A stretch of 64,000 bases of DNA from Candidatus Omnitrophota bacterium (GCA_015494465.1 WGBD01000002.1:197267-261266); one strand, 5' to 3'. Shown: positions 10,009 to 20,230, numbered from the stretch's first letter. Program-made: numbers and translations. The notes: generated from the letters alone by a model not told the origin.

Positions 10009-10450
10009 GGCCCTCCACCCCCTCAACCGTATAACTCCACAAATTATTTCCGCACCTTACGATTACCTTATTTGGATTTATCCGCTTCACTACACATCCA
10101 TCCCCAATTTTGTCTCCCACTTTATAGATGCGCCTACCACTTATAAAAACACCTTTCCCTGCATCGGACCAAACGATACCATCTATCTCTAATGAGGGCT
10201 GGATGACCTCCACCTCTTCTTCCTTATCCTCATAGGAAGGGAGTCTTTCTTCCACACCCAGATTAGAGACCCGATTCTCTGACTTAGGTTGGGCTGTGGG
10301 ATGGTGCTTTACCTCTACCCTCTTCTCTTTTTTATTTTTACTTTCAGCTTCTTCCGCCCATGGCGGAAGGAAAGGATCCTTAGCAAAAGCCACTGATAAG
10401 GAGCTTGCCAATATAATCAGCATGCAAATAGTACCTCTAATATAGCTCAC
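9995..10450 (-). CDS. PilP-like pilus assembly protein
   Basis: Signal peptide, KDPF motif, L.IDGIVW and KVGDKI beta domain; lies directly before the secretin. Confidence 0.6.
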   Translation of the reverse strand: MSYIRGTICMLIILASSLSVAFAKDPFLPPWAEEAESKNKKEKRVEVKHHPTAQPKSENRVSNLGVEERLPSYEDKEEEVEVIQPSLEIDGIVWSDAGKGVFISGRRIYKVGDKIGDGCVVKRINPNKVIVRCGNNLWSYTVEGVEGHEIY

Positions 10451-10968
10451 TATCTTTTTCCCCCTCCCTTAGATAACGAAAGACGGTGTAGCGTGATCTG
10501 AACCTGGTAGATCGCCTCAGAAGGCCCTTTGCTCTTCACCTCTTTGTTCACGGATATGGCCCCCACATAAGTCAATCCACCCTTGATCTGTTCTATAGCC
10601 TTCACATAACACATCAACTGCTCATAAGTGGCTTCTATCGTCAAAGATACCGTTTCCCTAATCAGCCCTGCCGTGCCTGATTCCTTTCTAGGCATCGCCA
10701 TTATTATCCGCACTCCACAGTGTTTGCCAACCGAATACCCAATCTGCTGAAGACTCTTGGGCTTATCTAACAAAAATTCGGCTTTGAGTGCGTCTCTCCT
10801 CTTCTTTGTGCCCGAAAGCATTGCCAACCTTTCTCGAAGGGCATCGATACTCGTCAACTTTCGCTGTAGACGCTCCCGCTGATGGCGGAACCTCTGCCCC
10901 TGCTGTATCCCTACCACTACGACCAGTACAGCGGTAGCCAATGCTATTGCCTTCTCGCGGGGTTCCAT
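10450..10968 (-). CDS. PilO-like pilus assembly protein
   Basis: N-terminal TM, coiled coil, 'ATYEQLM.YV..IE' PilO/GspM pattern; synteny. Confidence 0.65.
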   Translation of the reverse strand: MEPREKAIALATAVLVVVVGIQQGQRFRHQRERLQRKLTSIDALRERLAMLSGTKKRRDALKAEFLLDKPKSLQQIGYSVGKHCGVRIIMAMPRKESGTAGLIRETVSLTIEATYEQLMCYVKAIEQIKGGLTYVGAISVNKEVKSKGPSEAIYQVQITLHRLSLSKGGGKR

Positions 10969-12492
10969 TTATACACACCTCAAGGAAAAGGCCAAATACT
11001 CTCTCTTCCCGTCTTTTTCCCGTCTATAATACAACAAATCTATATCGTTGAAATATCCCTCAAGATCTTTGCGAAGGTTTTCGGTAAGCTCTTCTAGGGC
11101 CTTGATCTCTTTTTCAGGATCCCCAAGATAAACCCCTCCGGTCAAGGTAAGCTGTATCTTCCCGGTTCGGATGTCCAATTTTAACCGGAAGGGGAGTTTA
11201 AGCCAAAAGCTCCCTCCAAATCTCCTCTTGATCACCTCTAACACCCTATACACGCCCTTTTTGTGATCCAGATACGAAGAGAATATCTTTATCTCCCTTT
11301 CAAAATATCTCTGTTTATTATCTATATCCCTCTGGGAAACCGAGCCGGGTCTGGGGAAAACGTCCTTCGGAAGGGTTGCTATCACGGCATTATACTCCTT
11401 CCTTATAGCGTTGTACCTCTGATAATGATAAAAACTGTACCCCCCTCCTACCAAGACAGCGCCCAATACCACATAGATAAACATCTCCTCAGGGATACCT
11501 GCAAACCACGCCTCAACAGCGGCCAAAACTGGTAACCTAAAGGAAGGGCCCTTACCAGTCTGTCGTTCTTCTCTTCTCACCTCTATCATAGGTAGCCTCT
11601 GAACCACCATTGCCAAGACCGCACCATAGGCGGAGGCGAGAAAACCCACATCCTTTATCCCAGCTATCGAATCCGCGAACGGTAAGAGTTTATTCAAGGG
11701 CAAGTTTGCCTCTACCGGAAAACTGAGCGACTCGTCCAGGAGACAAAGCAATGGAATCTTATCGCCTTCAACCAAGTCCCGATGGGCCTTTTTATAATAT
11801 TCCACAATCAATGTAAGCTCAGAATCCAACTGTTTTAACGAAGAGATCTCTTTCACCAATAGATTGCTGTTTTTGTCACTCAGGGTCAAAACATACTTAT
11901 CCTCCGCAGGATAGAGGAGGGAAAAGATAGTCTTCTCAGGGAAACGGCCACTATTCTTGACCAATGTCCACATAGCTAGATCCCTAGGGCAAAAGAGAAC
12001 TCGAGCAACCCAGTCTGGCGGAACTACTTGCTGTATATAAGACCGCAATATCCCATAGAAGACTACTTCCTGTTTTTTGGCTTCCTTTGCGGTTACAAAA
12101 AAACTATACCTAATCTCTTCTAATCTCGCCGGGAGCTTCCGCTTGACGTTTAGTATAACAGCAGAGGCCAACTCTTTTGGGCTAACTATCGGCAAGGAAA
12201 GTCGTCGCAGTACAGTATATTGTTCAGGTACTATAAATAGAAACTTACAGTCTTTAAGAGGGATATTGGCTTTCCTGCTTAGCCTTTCTATTAGGCCAGG
12301 AAAAGCCGCGGAAGGAATGGTCCCGGCAAGAACTTTCTCTTCCCAAGCAAAAATAAGATTGATCTGATGAGGCTTTCTAGTCTCGAATACTCCAAATCGA
12401 AATTCTCTACGGATGTCTGAATAAGAAATAACTATTACATATTTATGGGAAAACGATAGCAGGAATGAAAACAATTTCGTGGTATCCCACAT
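10969..12492 (-). CDS. Fused PilM/PilN-like protein
   Basis: PilM-like segment (LRRLSLP...KEL..AV...LP..LEEI), then a TM near aa 340 and a PilN-like periplasmic domain; first gene of the pil operon. Confidence 0.6.
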   Translation of the reverse strand: MWDTTKLFSFLLSFSHKYVIVISYSDIRREFRFGVFETRKPHQINLIFAWEEKVLAGTIPSAAFPGLIERLSRKANIPLKDCKFLFIVPEQYTVLRRLSLPIVSPKELASAVILNVKRKLPARLEEIRYSFFVTAKEAKKQEVVFYGILRSYIQQVVPPDWVARVLFCPRDLAMWTLVKNSGRFPEKTIFSLLYPAEDKYVLTLSDKNSNLLVKEISSLKQLDSELTLIVEYYKKAHRDLVEGDKIPLLCLLDESLSFPVEANLPLNKLLPFADSIAGIKDVGFLASAYGAVLAMVVQRLPMIEVRREERQTGKGPSFRLPVLAAVEAWFAGIPEEMFIYVVLGAVLVGGGYSFYHYQRYNAIRKEYNAVIATLPKDVFPRPGSVSQRDIDNKQRYFEREIKIFSSYLDHKKGVYRVLEVIKRRFGGSFWLKLPFRLKLDIRTGKIQLTLTGGVYLGDPEKEIKALEELTENLRKDLEGYFNDIDLLYYRREKDGKREYLAFSLRCV

Positions 12493-12524
12493 AAACCCCC
12501 CTTAGCGATCCAGTTCACAAACAG

Positions 12525-12613
12525 CGGAGAGGGCGGGATTCGAACCCGCGGGCCCCCTTACGGAGGCCAACTGCTTAGCAGGCAGCTGCTTTCAACCACT
12601 CAGCCACCTCTCC
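12525..12613 (-). tRNA. tRNA-Ser(GCT)
   Basis: GGAGAGG acceptor stem, anticodon arm GCTGC-CT GCT AA-GCAGT, long variable arm, GTTCGAATCC; no encoded CCA. Confidence 0.95.
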
Positions 12614-13068
12614 ATACGCCCTATCAGGCGCCTTCTCTTAAAAAAATCCTGCAGTAGTGCCCTCGCCTCCTCTTCCAGTACATGTCTTTTTATCGTTTTC
12701 AAAGAGGTCAAACATTGACTTAGATCCAAAACTGAACCAAGGGCACCGAATTCCGGCTCGGAAGTCCCAAAAACTACGCCCTCCAATCTCGACATCAATA
12801 TCGCTCCACAACACATTATACAAGGTTCCACGGTTACATACAAGTGGCAACCGTACAAAAACTGGGACTTCAAGGCATTGCTGGCCTGGGTAATGGCCAG
12901 GATCTCCGCATGAGCAGTGGGATCGTGTAACCTTCGGGTCTGGTTGTGGGCCCGGGCGATCAGTTGTCCGTCCTTTACTACCACCGCCCCCACCGGGACC
13001 TCGTCTTCTTCAAAGGCCTTTCGGGCCTCCTTAAGGGCCTCCCGCATAAAAAACTCGTCTCTGTCCAT
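12592..13068 (-). CDS. tadA: tRNA adenosine(34) deaminase
   Basis: EVPVGAVVV, AHAE, VTVEPCIMC. Confidence 0.93.
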   Translation of the reverse strand: MDRDEFFMREALKEARKAFEEDEVPVGAVVVKDGQLIARAHNQTRRLHDPTAHAEILAITQASNALKSQFLYGCHLYVTVEPCIMCCGAILMSRLEGVVFGTSEPEFGALGSVLDLSQCLTSLKTIKRHVLEEEARALLQDFFKRRRLIGRMERWLSG

Positions 13069-13071
13069 AAC

Positions 13072-16000
13072 CTAAAGTACCAAATAGACATTCTCCCTAC
13101 CAACGATGTCTTCTATCTCCTCTATAAAGGCAGGGGTCGGGCTCACGAATAGATCCTGATCCGTGTACACCAGGGCATAATCCCTTCTCCCCTTCACCAT
13201 CACCAAGAGAGGGACCTGGCCTCTGTAAAGCCCCAACCTTTCCCTCAGAACCACCAGATCTCGTTTATCCATCCCCGACACATCTATCTTCACCTCTTTT
13301 ATCACCTCTGCAATCGAGCCTATGTCCCACAGCTGATCCACCACGAACTTCACTCCGTTTTCGCTAACATCCGCCCGACCCAAGGCAATTAACACCTTGC
13401 CCTCTTCTATAAGGGACTGGTACTTCCGAAATACCGAAGGGAAACACATCGCCTCCACTTCTCCGGATAAATCCTCCAGGCTCAATACCGCAAACTTATC
13501 GGACTTGTCCTTTACCAGCCTGACCTGCACCTTGTTCAACACCCCAGCGATCGTCACTTGGGAGGAATCCTTCCTCTCTCCCAATTCAGCTATAGGGGTT
13601 ACCTTCAGACGGGATATCAACCCCTCATAATTGCTCAGCGGATGGCCCGAGAGGTAAAAACCGAGAGTCTCCCTCTCGTGGGCCAACAGCTCGTGCTCAG
13701 ACCACTCCTCACCCGGGAGGTCGAACCCCTGAGGTCCAGAAGAATGGGGTTGTGCCTCAAACAAGACCAGCTGTCCTAATAACTCGTCTCTCTTCCTGGC
13801 ACTCGCCTGGGCCAAGGCATCGTCCAAGGACTCGAACATCTGTTTCCGAGACATCCCCAACAGGTCCAGGGCCCCTGCCTTTATCAAGGACTCTATCACC
13901 TTCTTGTTCACTCGCTTGCCTGCCACTCGAGAACAAAAGTCGTAAAAGTCCTTATAGGCCCCAGACCTCTTTCTCTCACTAACTATGTCCTCTATAGCCC
14001 CAGCCCCTACGTTCTTTATGGCTCCCAAACCAAACCTTATCTTGTCCCCCTCCACGGAAAACTCGTACACGCTGTGGTTCACATCTGGGGGCAGTATCTC
14101 TATACCCATCTGTCGGGCGTCCTTCAGATACTCCACCATCTTGTCGGTGTTGTTGAATTCCGAGGTCAACAGTGAGGCCATAAACTCCAGGGGATAGTTC
14201 GCCTTCAGATATGCGGTCCTGTAGGAGACCAGGGCGTAGGCGGCAGAGTGAGACTTATTGAATCCGTATCCTGAGAAGAACTCTATAAGATCGAAGATCC
14301 GCTCCGCCACATCCCTTGAGACCCCGTTGTTCACGCATCCTGAGATAAACGCTGTCCTCTGCTCCTCCATCACCTCCGGGATCTTCTTTCCCATCGCCCG
14401 CCTGAGTATGTCCGCCTGGGCGAGAGAGAATCCTGCCAAAGAACTGGCTATCTGCATGACCTGCTCCTGATAGAGGATAACGCCGTAGGTCTCCCTCAGT
14501 ATCGGCTCCAGTTTGGGGTGCAGGTAGGATATCTCGGTCTCTCCTCTCTTCCTGCGAATAAAGTCGTCCAGCATCCCACTACCTATCGGACCTGGGCGGT
14601 ACAAGGCGAGTAGGGCGATGATGTCCTCAAACTTGTCCGGTTGCATCCGCACCAAGAGATCCCGCATCCCTGCGGATTCAAGTTGAAAAATACCCTTGGT
14701 GCGGGCCTCCCGCAGGAGTTGAAAGGTCTTCTCGTCGTCCAACGGGATCTCGTCAATGTCCAATCGTCTGCCCGTCCGCTCCTCTATAAAGTTCAAGGTC
14801 TTCTCTATCACCGTAAGGGTCTTTAGGCCGAGGAAGTCCATCTTCAACAGACCTATCTTCTCCAGGGACTTCATCTCGTAAGCGGTGCAGATCTGCCCCC
14901 GATTCTTATAAAGCGGGACATACTCCGTAAGGGGCTTGTCCGCTATCACCACCCCGGCAGCGTGGGTGGAGGCGTGGCGGGTAAGGCCTTCCAGAGCCAT
15001 AGCCACATCTATCAATTCCTTTATCTGGGGGGACTCGTCGTAGACCCTGCGCAGATCGGGCTCCACCTCCAAGGCCTCCTTCAGGGACATGGATTGGGGA
15101 ATCATCTTGGCTATCTTGTCCGCCAGAGAGTAGGGCAGGGCCATCGCCCGGGCCACATCCCTGACCACCGCCCGGGCCTGCATCGTGCCGAAGGTGATTA
15201 TCTGGGCGACACTACTGCGCCCGTACTTCTCCACCACATAGTCGATCACCTTCTGGCGGTTCTCGTAACAGAAGTCTATGTCTATGTCCGGCATGGAGAC
15301 GCGCTCGGGATTTAAAAATCGCTCGAACAGTAGCCCGTACTTGAGCGGGTCTATGTTGGTTATCCCCAAGAGATAACTCACCATACTCCCCGCAGCTGAT
15401 CCCCGTCCCGGTCCGACTGGAATGCGATTCTCTTTGGCGTAGCGCACGAAGTCCCACACGATAAGGAAGTAGTTCACATAGCCCATCCTCTCTATGATGG
15501 AGAACTCGAATTTGAGCCTCTCCATTACCTCCGCCCGCCTGCCGGGATCGTGATACCGCCTCTCCAGTCCCTGCATACACAATTCCCACAGGTATTCCCT
15601 GCTCGTCTTGCCCTCGGGCGGGTGAAAGAGCGGCATGTGGTTCTTGCCGAATTCCAATATCACATTGCACCTGTCCGCTATCTCCCGGGTGTTCAACACT
15701 GCCGAGGGCAGATCTTTGAACCTCCGCTTCATCTCCTCGGGAGAGGCAAAGTAGAATAGGTTGGAACTCATCCGCATCCGCTTAGGATCGTGTATGTTGG
15801 TCTGGGTCTGGATGCAGAGGAGGATCTCGTGGGCCCGGGCGTGTTCGGGAAGTATGTAATGGACATCGTTGGTGGCCACCAACCCCAAGTCGTACTTCTT
15901 GGCCAGATCCACCAGGCCCCTGTTGGCCTTCTCCTGCTCCGGTATAGCGTTCTCCTGCACCTCCAAGTAGAAGTTCTCCCTCCCGAATATCTCCAGATAC

Positions 16001-16491
16001 TCACGCAGGGCCTTCTCCGCCAGATCCCTGCGATCCTTGAGGATCCAGTACGCGATCTCCCCCTTCAGACAGGCGCTCAAGCCGATTAATCCCTCCCCAT
16101 ACTCCCGCAGGAGGTCCTTGTCTATCCGGGGATACCGGTAAAACCCCTCAAAGACTGCCTTGGTCGTCAACTGGATGAGGTTTTTGTACCCCAGTTCGTC
16201 CTTGCACAACAGGACCAGGTGGAAGGCGGGCGGTAATCCGTTGGTCTCGCCTTTATCAAATCGGGACCTCGGGGCGACATAGACCTCACTGCCCAAGATG
16301 GGTTTCACCCCTGCCTCCATCGCCTTGGAATAGAACTGGATCGCAGCGAACATATTCCCGTGGTCGGTCACCGCCACCGCAGGCATACGAAACTCCGCCG
16401 CCTTGCTTACGATGTCCCCGAGATGGCAGGCCCCATCCAAGAGACTAAACTCACTGTGGAGGTGGAGATGAACGAAATCGGAGTGATACAT
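13072..16491 (-). CDS. dnaE: DNA polymerase III alpha subunit
   Basis: FVHLHLHSEFSLLDG, GRGSAAGS, PDIDIDF, KMDFLGL, GFNKSHS; start moved to ATG 16491 because the longer ORF runs through tRNA-Leu. Confidence 0.97.
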   Translation of the reverse strand: MYHSDFVHLHLHSEFSLLDGACHLGDIVSKAAEFRMPAVAVTDHGNMFAAIQFYSKAMEAGVKPILGSEVYVAPRSRFDKGETNGLPPAFHLVLLCKDELGYKNLIQLTTKAVFEGFYRYPRIDKDLLREYGEGLIGLSACLKGEIAYWILKDRRDLAEKALREYLEIFGRENFYLEVQENAIPEQEKANRGLVDLAKKYDLGLVATNDVHYILPEHARAHEILLCIQTQTNIHDPKRMRMSSNLFYFASPEEMKRRFKDLPSAVLNTREIADRCNVILEFGKNHMPLFHPPEGKTSREYLWELCMQGLERRYHDPGRRAEVMERLKFEFSIIERMGYVNYFLIVWDFVRYAKENRIPVGPGRGSAAGSMVSYLLGITNIDPLKYGLLFERFLNPERVSMPDIDIDFCYENRQKVIDYVVEKYGRSSVAQIITFGTMQARAVVRDVARAMALPYSLADKIAKMIPQSMSLKEALEVEPDLRRVYDESPQIKELIDVAMALEGLTRHASTHAAGVVIADKPLTEYVPLYKNRGQICTAYEMKSLEKIGLLKMDFLGLKTLTVIEKTLNFIEERTGRRLDIDEIPLDDEKTFQLLREARTKGIFQLESAGMRDLLVRMQPDKFEDIIALLALYRPGPIGSGMLDDFIRRKRGETEISYLHPKLEPILRETYGVILYQEQVMQIASSLAGFSLAQADILRRAMGKKIPEVMEEQRTAFISGCVNNGVSRDVAERIFDLIEFFSGYGFNKSHSAAYALVSYRTAYLKANYPLEFMASLLTSEFNNTDKMVEYLKDARQMGIEILPPDVNHSVYEFSVEGDKIRFGLGAIKNVGAGAIEDIVSERKRSGAYKDFYDFCSRVAGKRVNKKVIESLIKAGALDLLGMSRKQMFESLDDALAQASARKRDELLGQLVLFEAQPHSSGPQGFDLPGEEWSEHELLAHERETLGFYLSGHPLSNYEGLISRLKVTPIAELGERKDSSQVTIAGVLNKVQVRLVKDKSDKFAVLSLEDLSGEVEAMCFPSVFRKYQSLIEEGKVLIALGRADVSENGVKFVVDQLWDIGSIAEVIKEVKIDVSGMDKRDLVVLRERLGLYRGQVPLLVMVKGRRDYALVYTDQDLFVSPTPAFIEEIEDIVGRENVYLVL

Positions 16492-16506
16492 ATCCCTCAA
16501 CCTCTC

Positions 16507-16593
<87 letters not shown>

Positions 16594-16649
16594 AGTTAGG
16601 ATAGATAATTATATCACAAAACCCAAAAGGGCAAGGTAGAATCCGCGGA

Positions 16650-17402
16650 TCAGGTCCGTCCCTGTTTGGCCAAAAAGGCAGTGAAGATCTCCAACGGCAG
16701 AGGGAAGACCACCGTAGTCGTGTTCTCGGTAGAGATGTCCACCAGGGTCTGCAGGTACCTCATCTGCAGGGCAATCGGCTGGTCCTTTAACATCTCCGAG
16801 GCCTGGCGGAGTTTCTCCGCTGCCTGTAACTCGCCCTCTGCTGCGATGATCTTGGCCCTTCTCTCCCTCTCTGCCTCTGCCTGTCTGGCCATGGCCCTCT
16901 GCATCTCCTGAGGCAGGTCCACATGCTTTATCTCTACCGTGGTCACCTTCACGCCCCAAGGGTCGGTCTGGCGGTCTATTATCTCCTGCAAGCGGGTGTT
17001 TATCTTCTCCCTGTCCGAGAGCAATTCGTCCAATTCCACCTGTCCAACGATGCTCCTCAACGCGGTCTGGGATATCTGAGAGGTGGCGTAATCGTAGTTC
17101 TCCACCTCTATAACCGCCTTAACCGGATCCATCACCCGGTAATACACCACCGCATTCACCTTCACCGACACATTATCCTTGGTAATGATGTCCTGAGGAG
17201 GGACATCCAAGGTGACCAACCGCATGCTCACCACCTTCATCGTCTCGAACGGCCAGAATATCAGGATGAGTCCCGGACCGCGCGGGCCACCCAACACCCG
17301 TCCAAGGGTAAAGACCACCGCCCGTTCGTACTCCTTGAGTATCCGGGCGCACTGAAAGAGGTACCAAACCACTGCCACTAACAAGAACAACATAAACCCC
17401 AT
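16650..17402 (-). CDS. Slipin/stomatin SPFH-domain protein
   Basis: [49 protein letters not shown]. Confidence 0.93.
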   Translation of the reverse strand: MGFMLFLLVAVVWYLFQCARILKEYERAVVFTLGRVLGGPRGPGLILIFWPFETMKVVSMRLVTLDVPPQDIITKDNVSVKVNAVVYYRVMDPVKAVIEVENYDYATSQISQTALRSIVGQVELDELLSDREKINTRLQEIIDRQTDPWGVKVTTVEIKHVDLPQEMQRAMARQAEAERERRAKIIAAEGELQAAEKLRQASEMLKDQPIALQMRYLQTLVDISTENTTTVVFPLPLEIFTAFLAKQGRT

Positions 17403-17405
17403 ACC

Positions 17406-18749
17406 TCACCCCCTTTCTCTTACCACCAAGGTCAACCCCTCTACCCTCACGACCTCCACCTTCCTGCCGACGGGGATAACGCCCTTCCCCTCGCTACGGG
17501 CAGACCAGTAGGTACCATCTGCAAACACCTTGCCCCCGGAAGGAGACACCTCCTTTACCACCTCCCCTATCTGGCCCACGAGGGACTCCGCCCCCACCCT
17601 GGCCCGCATCCTCCTTACGCGCAGGGCCAGATAGACGATCCCAGTGGCAATAGCGCCCAACATCAACCCGGGTATGACTATCCAGGCCTTGGGGAGGGGG
17701 AAAAGGGCTCCCTCCTTATTCCACAGTATCAGGCCACCCCATACGAAGGAGATCGTCCCTGCCAAGGCCAGGATACCAAAACCGGGAGTCAAGACCTCGC
17801 CAAAGAAGAATGCCACCCCCAGGAGTATGAGGAGCAGGCCAAAGTAGTTTACCGGGAGCAGGCCGTATCCGTATAGACACAGTCCCAAGCCGATCAGTCC
17901 CACTACGCCAGGCACGCCAAATCCAGGATGAGTCAGTTCAAACAGTATCAACAGGAGGGAAAGCGAATACAGGACATAGAGGACATAGGGATGGGTAAGG
18001 TAGTACATCAAGAGGTCCATCCCCTCGAGGCGTTTGTACACAAGATTTACTCTATTGCTGGGGGAAAGAACCCCCTTCTCCTCGGCCACCGCAATCAACT
18101 CCCGCACATCGGTGCATATCGCATCAATTATACCGTACTTTAGGGCCTCCTCCTCGGTGAGGGCACGACTCCTGGTAATCAACTCCTTGGCAATCTCCTC
18201 GTCAGCACTGGGATGCTTATTGCGGACATAGGAGAGGAAAAAGGCAATCGTATCGTTGACTACCTTCTCCTGAAGCAGATCTTCTTTTTCATCCTCACTT
18301 CCCAACATCACCGGATGGGCTGCCCCTATGTGGGTGCTCGGTGCCATAGCGACGAAGTCGCAAGCAAGGGCCAGGAGTGCCCCTGCGGATCCCGCCCGGG
18401 CCCCTTTGGGATAGACGAAGGCAAGGGTAGGGACCGGCGAGGCCAGGATCTCCTTGACTATCTTTCGACAGGACTCCAAAAATCCCCCGGGGGTATCGAT
18501 CAAGAATATCACGCCTTGATACTCCTCGGCGTGTTCCATCTCCCTCTGAACGAGGGACACCAACGGCGGAGATATAACCTTATCGTCTATCTCTATAACC
18601 AGATAATTCGCACTGGAAAGGAACGGCCTGAGAATTTGAGAACCCGAATCCGAAGCGAAGAGAAGGCAACCTATGGACAGAGAAAAAGCAAAAAGGAGAA
18701 AAACGGACTTCCACCTAATCCCAGCGATCCCCGGCCTCCTTAAAAACAA
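17406..18749 (-). CDS. nfeD: NfeD family membrane-bound serine protease (ClpP class); start uncertain
   Basis: IDTPGG, RAGSAGA, IGAAHPV, TM block, C-terminal OB fold (G.V...G.YWSA); paired with the slipin gene. Confidence 0.9.
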   Translation of the reverse strand: MFLRRPGIAGIRWKSVFLLFAFSLSIGCLLFASDSGSQILRPFLSSANYLVIEIDDKVISPPLVSLVQREMEHAEEYQGVIFLIDTPGGFLESCRKIVKEILASPVPTLAFVYPKGARAGSAGALLALACDFVAMAPSTHIGAAHPVMLGSEDEKEDLLQEKVVNDTIAFFLSYVRNKHPSADEEIAKELITRSRALTEEEALKYGIIDAICTDVRELIAVAEEKGVLSPSNRVNLVYKRLEGMDLLMYYLTHPYVLYVLYSLSLLLILFELTHPGFGVPGVVGLIGLGLCLYGYGLLPVNYFGLLLILLGVAFFFGEVLTPGFGILALAGTISFVWGGLILWNKEGALFPLPKAWIVIPGLMLGAIATGIVYLALRVRRMRARVGAESLVGQIGEVVKEVSPSGGKVFADGTYWSARSEGKGVIPVGRKVEVVRVEGLTLVVRERG

Positions 18750-18752
18750 AAA

Positions 18753-18825
18753 TGGACCGGAGGGGAGTCGAACCCCCGACCTTCGGTATGCCGAACCGAC
18801 GCTCTCCCAACTGAGCTACCGGCCC
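18753..18825 (-). tRNA. tRNA-Ala(GGC)
   Basis: GGGCCGG/CCGGTCC-A with G3:U70; anticodon arm TCGGT-TC GGC AT-ACCGA. Confidence 0.92.
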
Positions 18826-18840
18826 ATGTCTTACAAATCC

Positions 18841-18912
18841 TGCCCCTGGCAGGACTCGAACCTGCGCACCAGGCTCCGGAGGCCTGTGCTCTATCCCCTG
18901 AGCTACAGGGGC
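18841..18912 (-). tRNA. tRNA-Arg(CCG)
   Basis: GCCCCTG stem; CAGGC-CT CCG GA-GCCTG; GTTCGAGTCC. Confidence 0.95.
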
Positions 18913-19499
18913 GATGTATATATTTTCAACAAATCTCGGGCCTTTTCAAGGGCAATCTTGCGATGGCTGATCCTGTGCTTCACCCCTGCCCCCAACTGGG
19001 CAAAGGTCTTGTCGTAACCATCGGGGATAAAGATGGGATCGTAACCGAACCCCTCCCTGCCGAGCATCCGCTCGGACAATCTGCCCCGCACCTCTCCCCG
19101 GACCACGCCGATTAACCCCTGAGGATCGGCTACAGCGATGCAGCAGACGAACCGGGCCCGCCTGTTGGCCTTGCCCCTCATAAGGGACAAGACCAACCGA
19201 TTGTTCGCCAGATCGTCCTTCTCCGGCCCTGCAAACCGGGCAGAATAGACCCCGGGCCTGAAACCCAGGGCCTCCACCTCCAGACCGGAATCGTCGGCCA
19301 AGGTGAGCATACCTGCCACCTTGGCGGTCCAGACAGCCTTCTTCACCGCGTTCCCCACGAAGGTGCCCACATCCTCCTCTACCTCGGGGAGGTCCCGTCC
19401 GAGGTCGTTCAAGGACAGGGCCATCCAATCCGGACCCAGTATCTCCTTCAACTCGACAAGTTTCTTCGGATTCCTGGTCGCCAACAATATCCTCTTCAT
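18903..19499 (-). CDS. rdgB: Non-canonical purine NTP pyrophosphatase (RdgB/Ham1)
   Basis: LATRNPKK, ADDSGL, PGVYSARF, GFGYDPIF, ISHR; start at ATG 19499. Confidence 0.95.
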   Translation of the reverse strand: MKRILLATRNPKKLVELKEILGPDWMALSLNDLGRDLPEVEEDVGTFVGNAVKKAVWTAKVAGMLTLADDSGLEVEALGFRPGVYSARFAGPEKDDLANNRLVLSLMRGKANRRARFVCCIAVADPQGLIGVVRGEVRGRLSERMLGREGFGYDPIFIPDGYDKTFAQLGAGVKHRISHRKIALEKARDLLKIYTSPL

Positions 19500-20230
19500 C
19501 CTGACACCCAGCTCAACAGCCCCGCACAATAACCCACCGCTGTCTCCACCCGCAAGACGAACCTCCCGAGCGTTACCTCTATAGCCCCTTTCTCCCGAGC
19601 CAACTCCACCTCTTCTGGGGTAAAGTCCCCCTCGGGACCGATCAGGACCACTATCCAATCGCAATCGCAGGATCGCTTTAGAGGGAACAAATCCTCGAGA
19701 AGATCCTTACTCCCAGCGCTAAGGTGGGGGATGTACACGCGAGTCCTAGCCCGAGAAAACTCCTCCAGTACCCGGGGAAAATCCATAACCCCGCTTATCT
19801 CGGGGACAAACGGATTACCAGTCGTCCTGCAGACCTGCCTGGCCTTCCTCAGCCACCTCTCCTTTACCGTACCCTCGGGTAGGCGCACCACGCTACGCTT
19901 GGTCACCATCGGGATGAGGCGAGTTATCCCAAACTCAGCGCAGAAGCCTACAAGCTCGTCAAACCGATTGGCGGAGACCAAGGCACAGGCAATAGCGGTC
20001 TTCACCCGTCCTTTTGGGAGCTCAGCCACCTCAAAGACCTTTACCCTGGCAAGGCGATCCTCGAGGGAGATCAAGTTCCCCTTCAATACCTTGCCACCCA
20101 GCATGATGACATCAATCCGCTCCCCCGCCTCGGCCCTCGCCACCTTGAGGTGATGTAGGGTCTCCGAATCGCAGATCAACACCTCGTCACCCTCAAAGAT
20201 GTCCCCTTCGCTGAACAGGATTCGTATCAT
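19496..20230 (-). CDS. rsmE: 16S rRNA m3U1498 methyltransferase
   Basis: HHLKV.R, IGPEGDF, LG..VLRVETA. Confidence 0.9.
   Translation of the reverse strand: MIRILFSEGDIFEGDEVLICDSETLHHLKVARAEAGERIDVIMLGGKVLKGNLISLEDRLARVKVFEVAELPKGRVKTAIACALVSANRFDELVGFCAEFGITRLIPMVTKRSVVRLPEGTVKERWLRKARQVCRTTGNPFVPEISGVMDFPRVLEEFSRARTRVYIPHLSAGSKDLLEDLFPLKRSCDCDWIVVLIGPEGDFTPEEVELAREKGAIEVTLGRFVLRVETAVGYCAGLLSWVSG

Noticed and set aside
19500-19664. Extended rdgB start (likewise the NifX extension 24085-24258 and flgB extension 34276-34356)
   Set aside because: These overlap upstream genes or promoters; family motifs begin at the internal ATG
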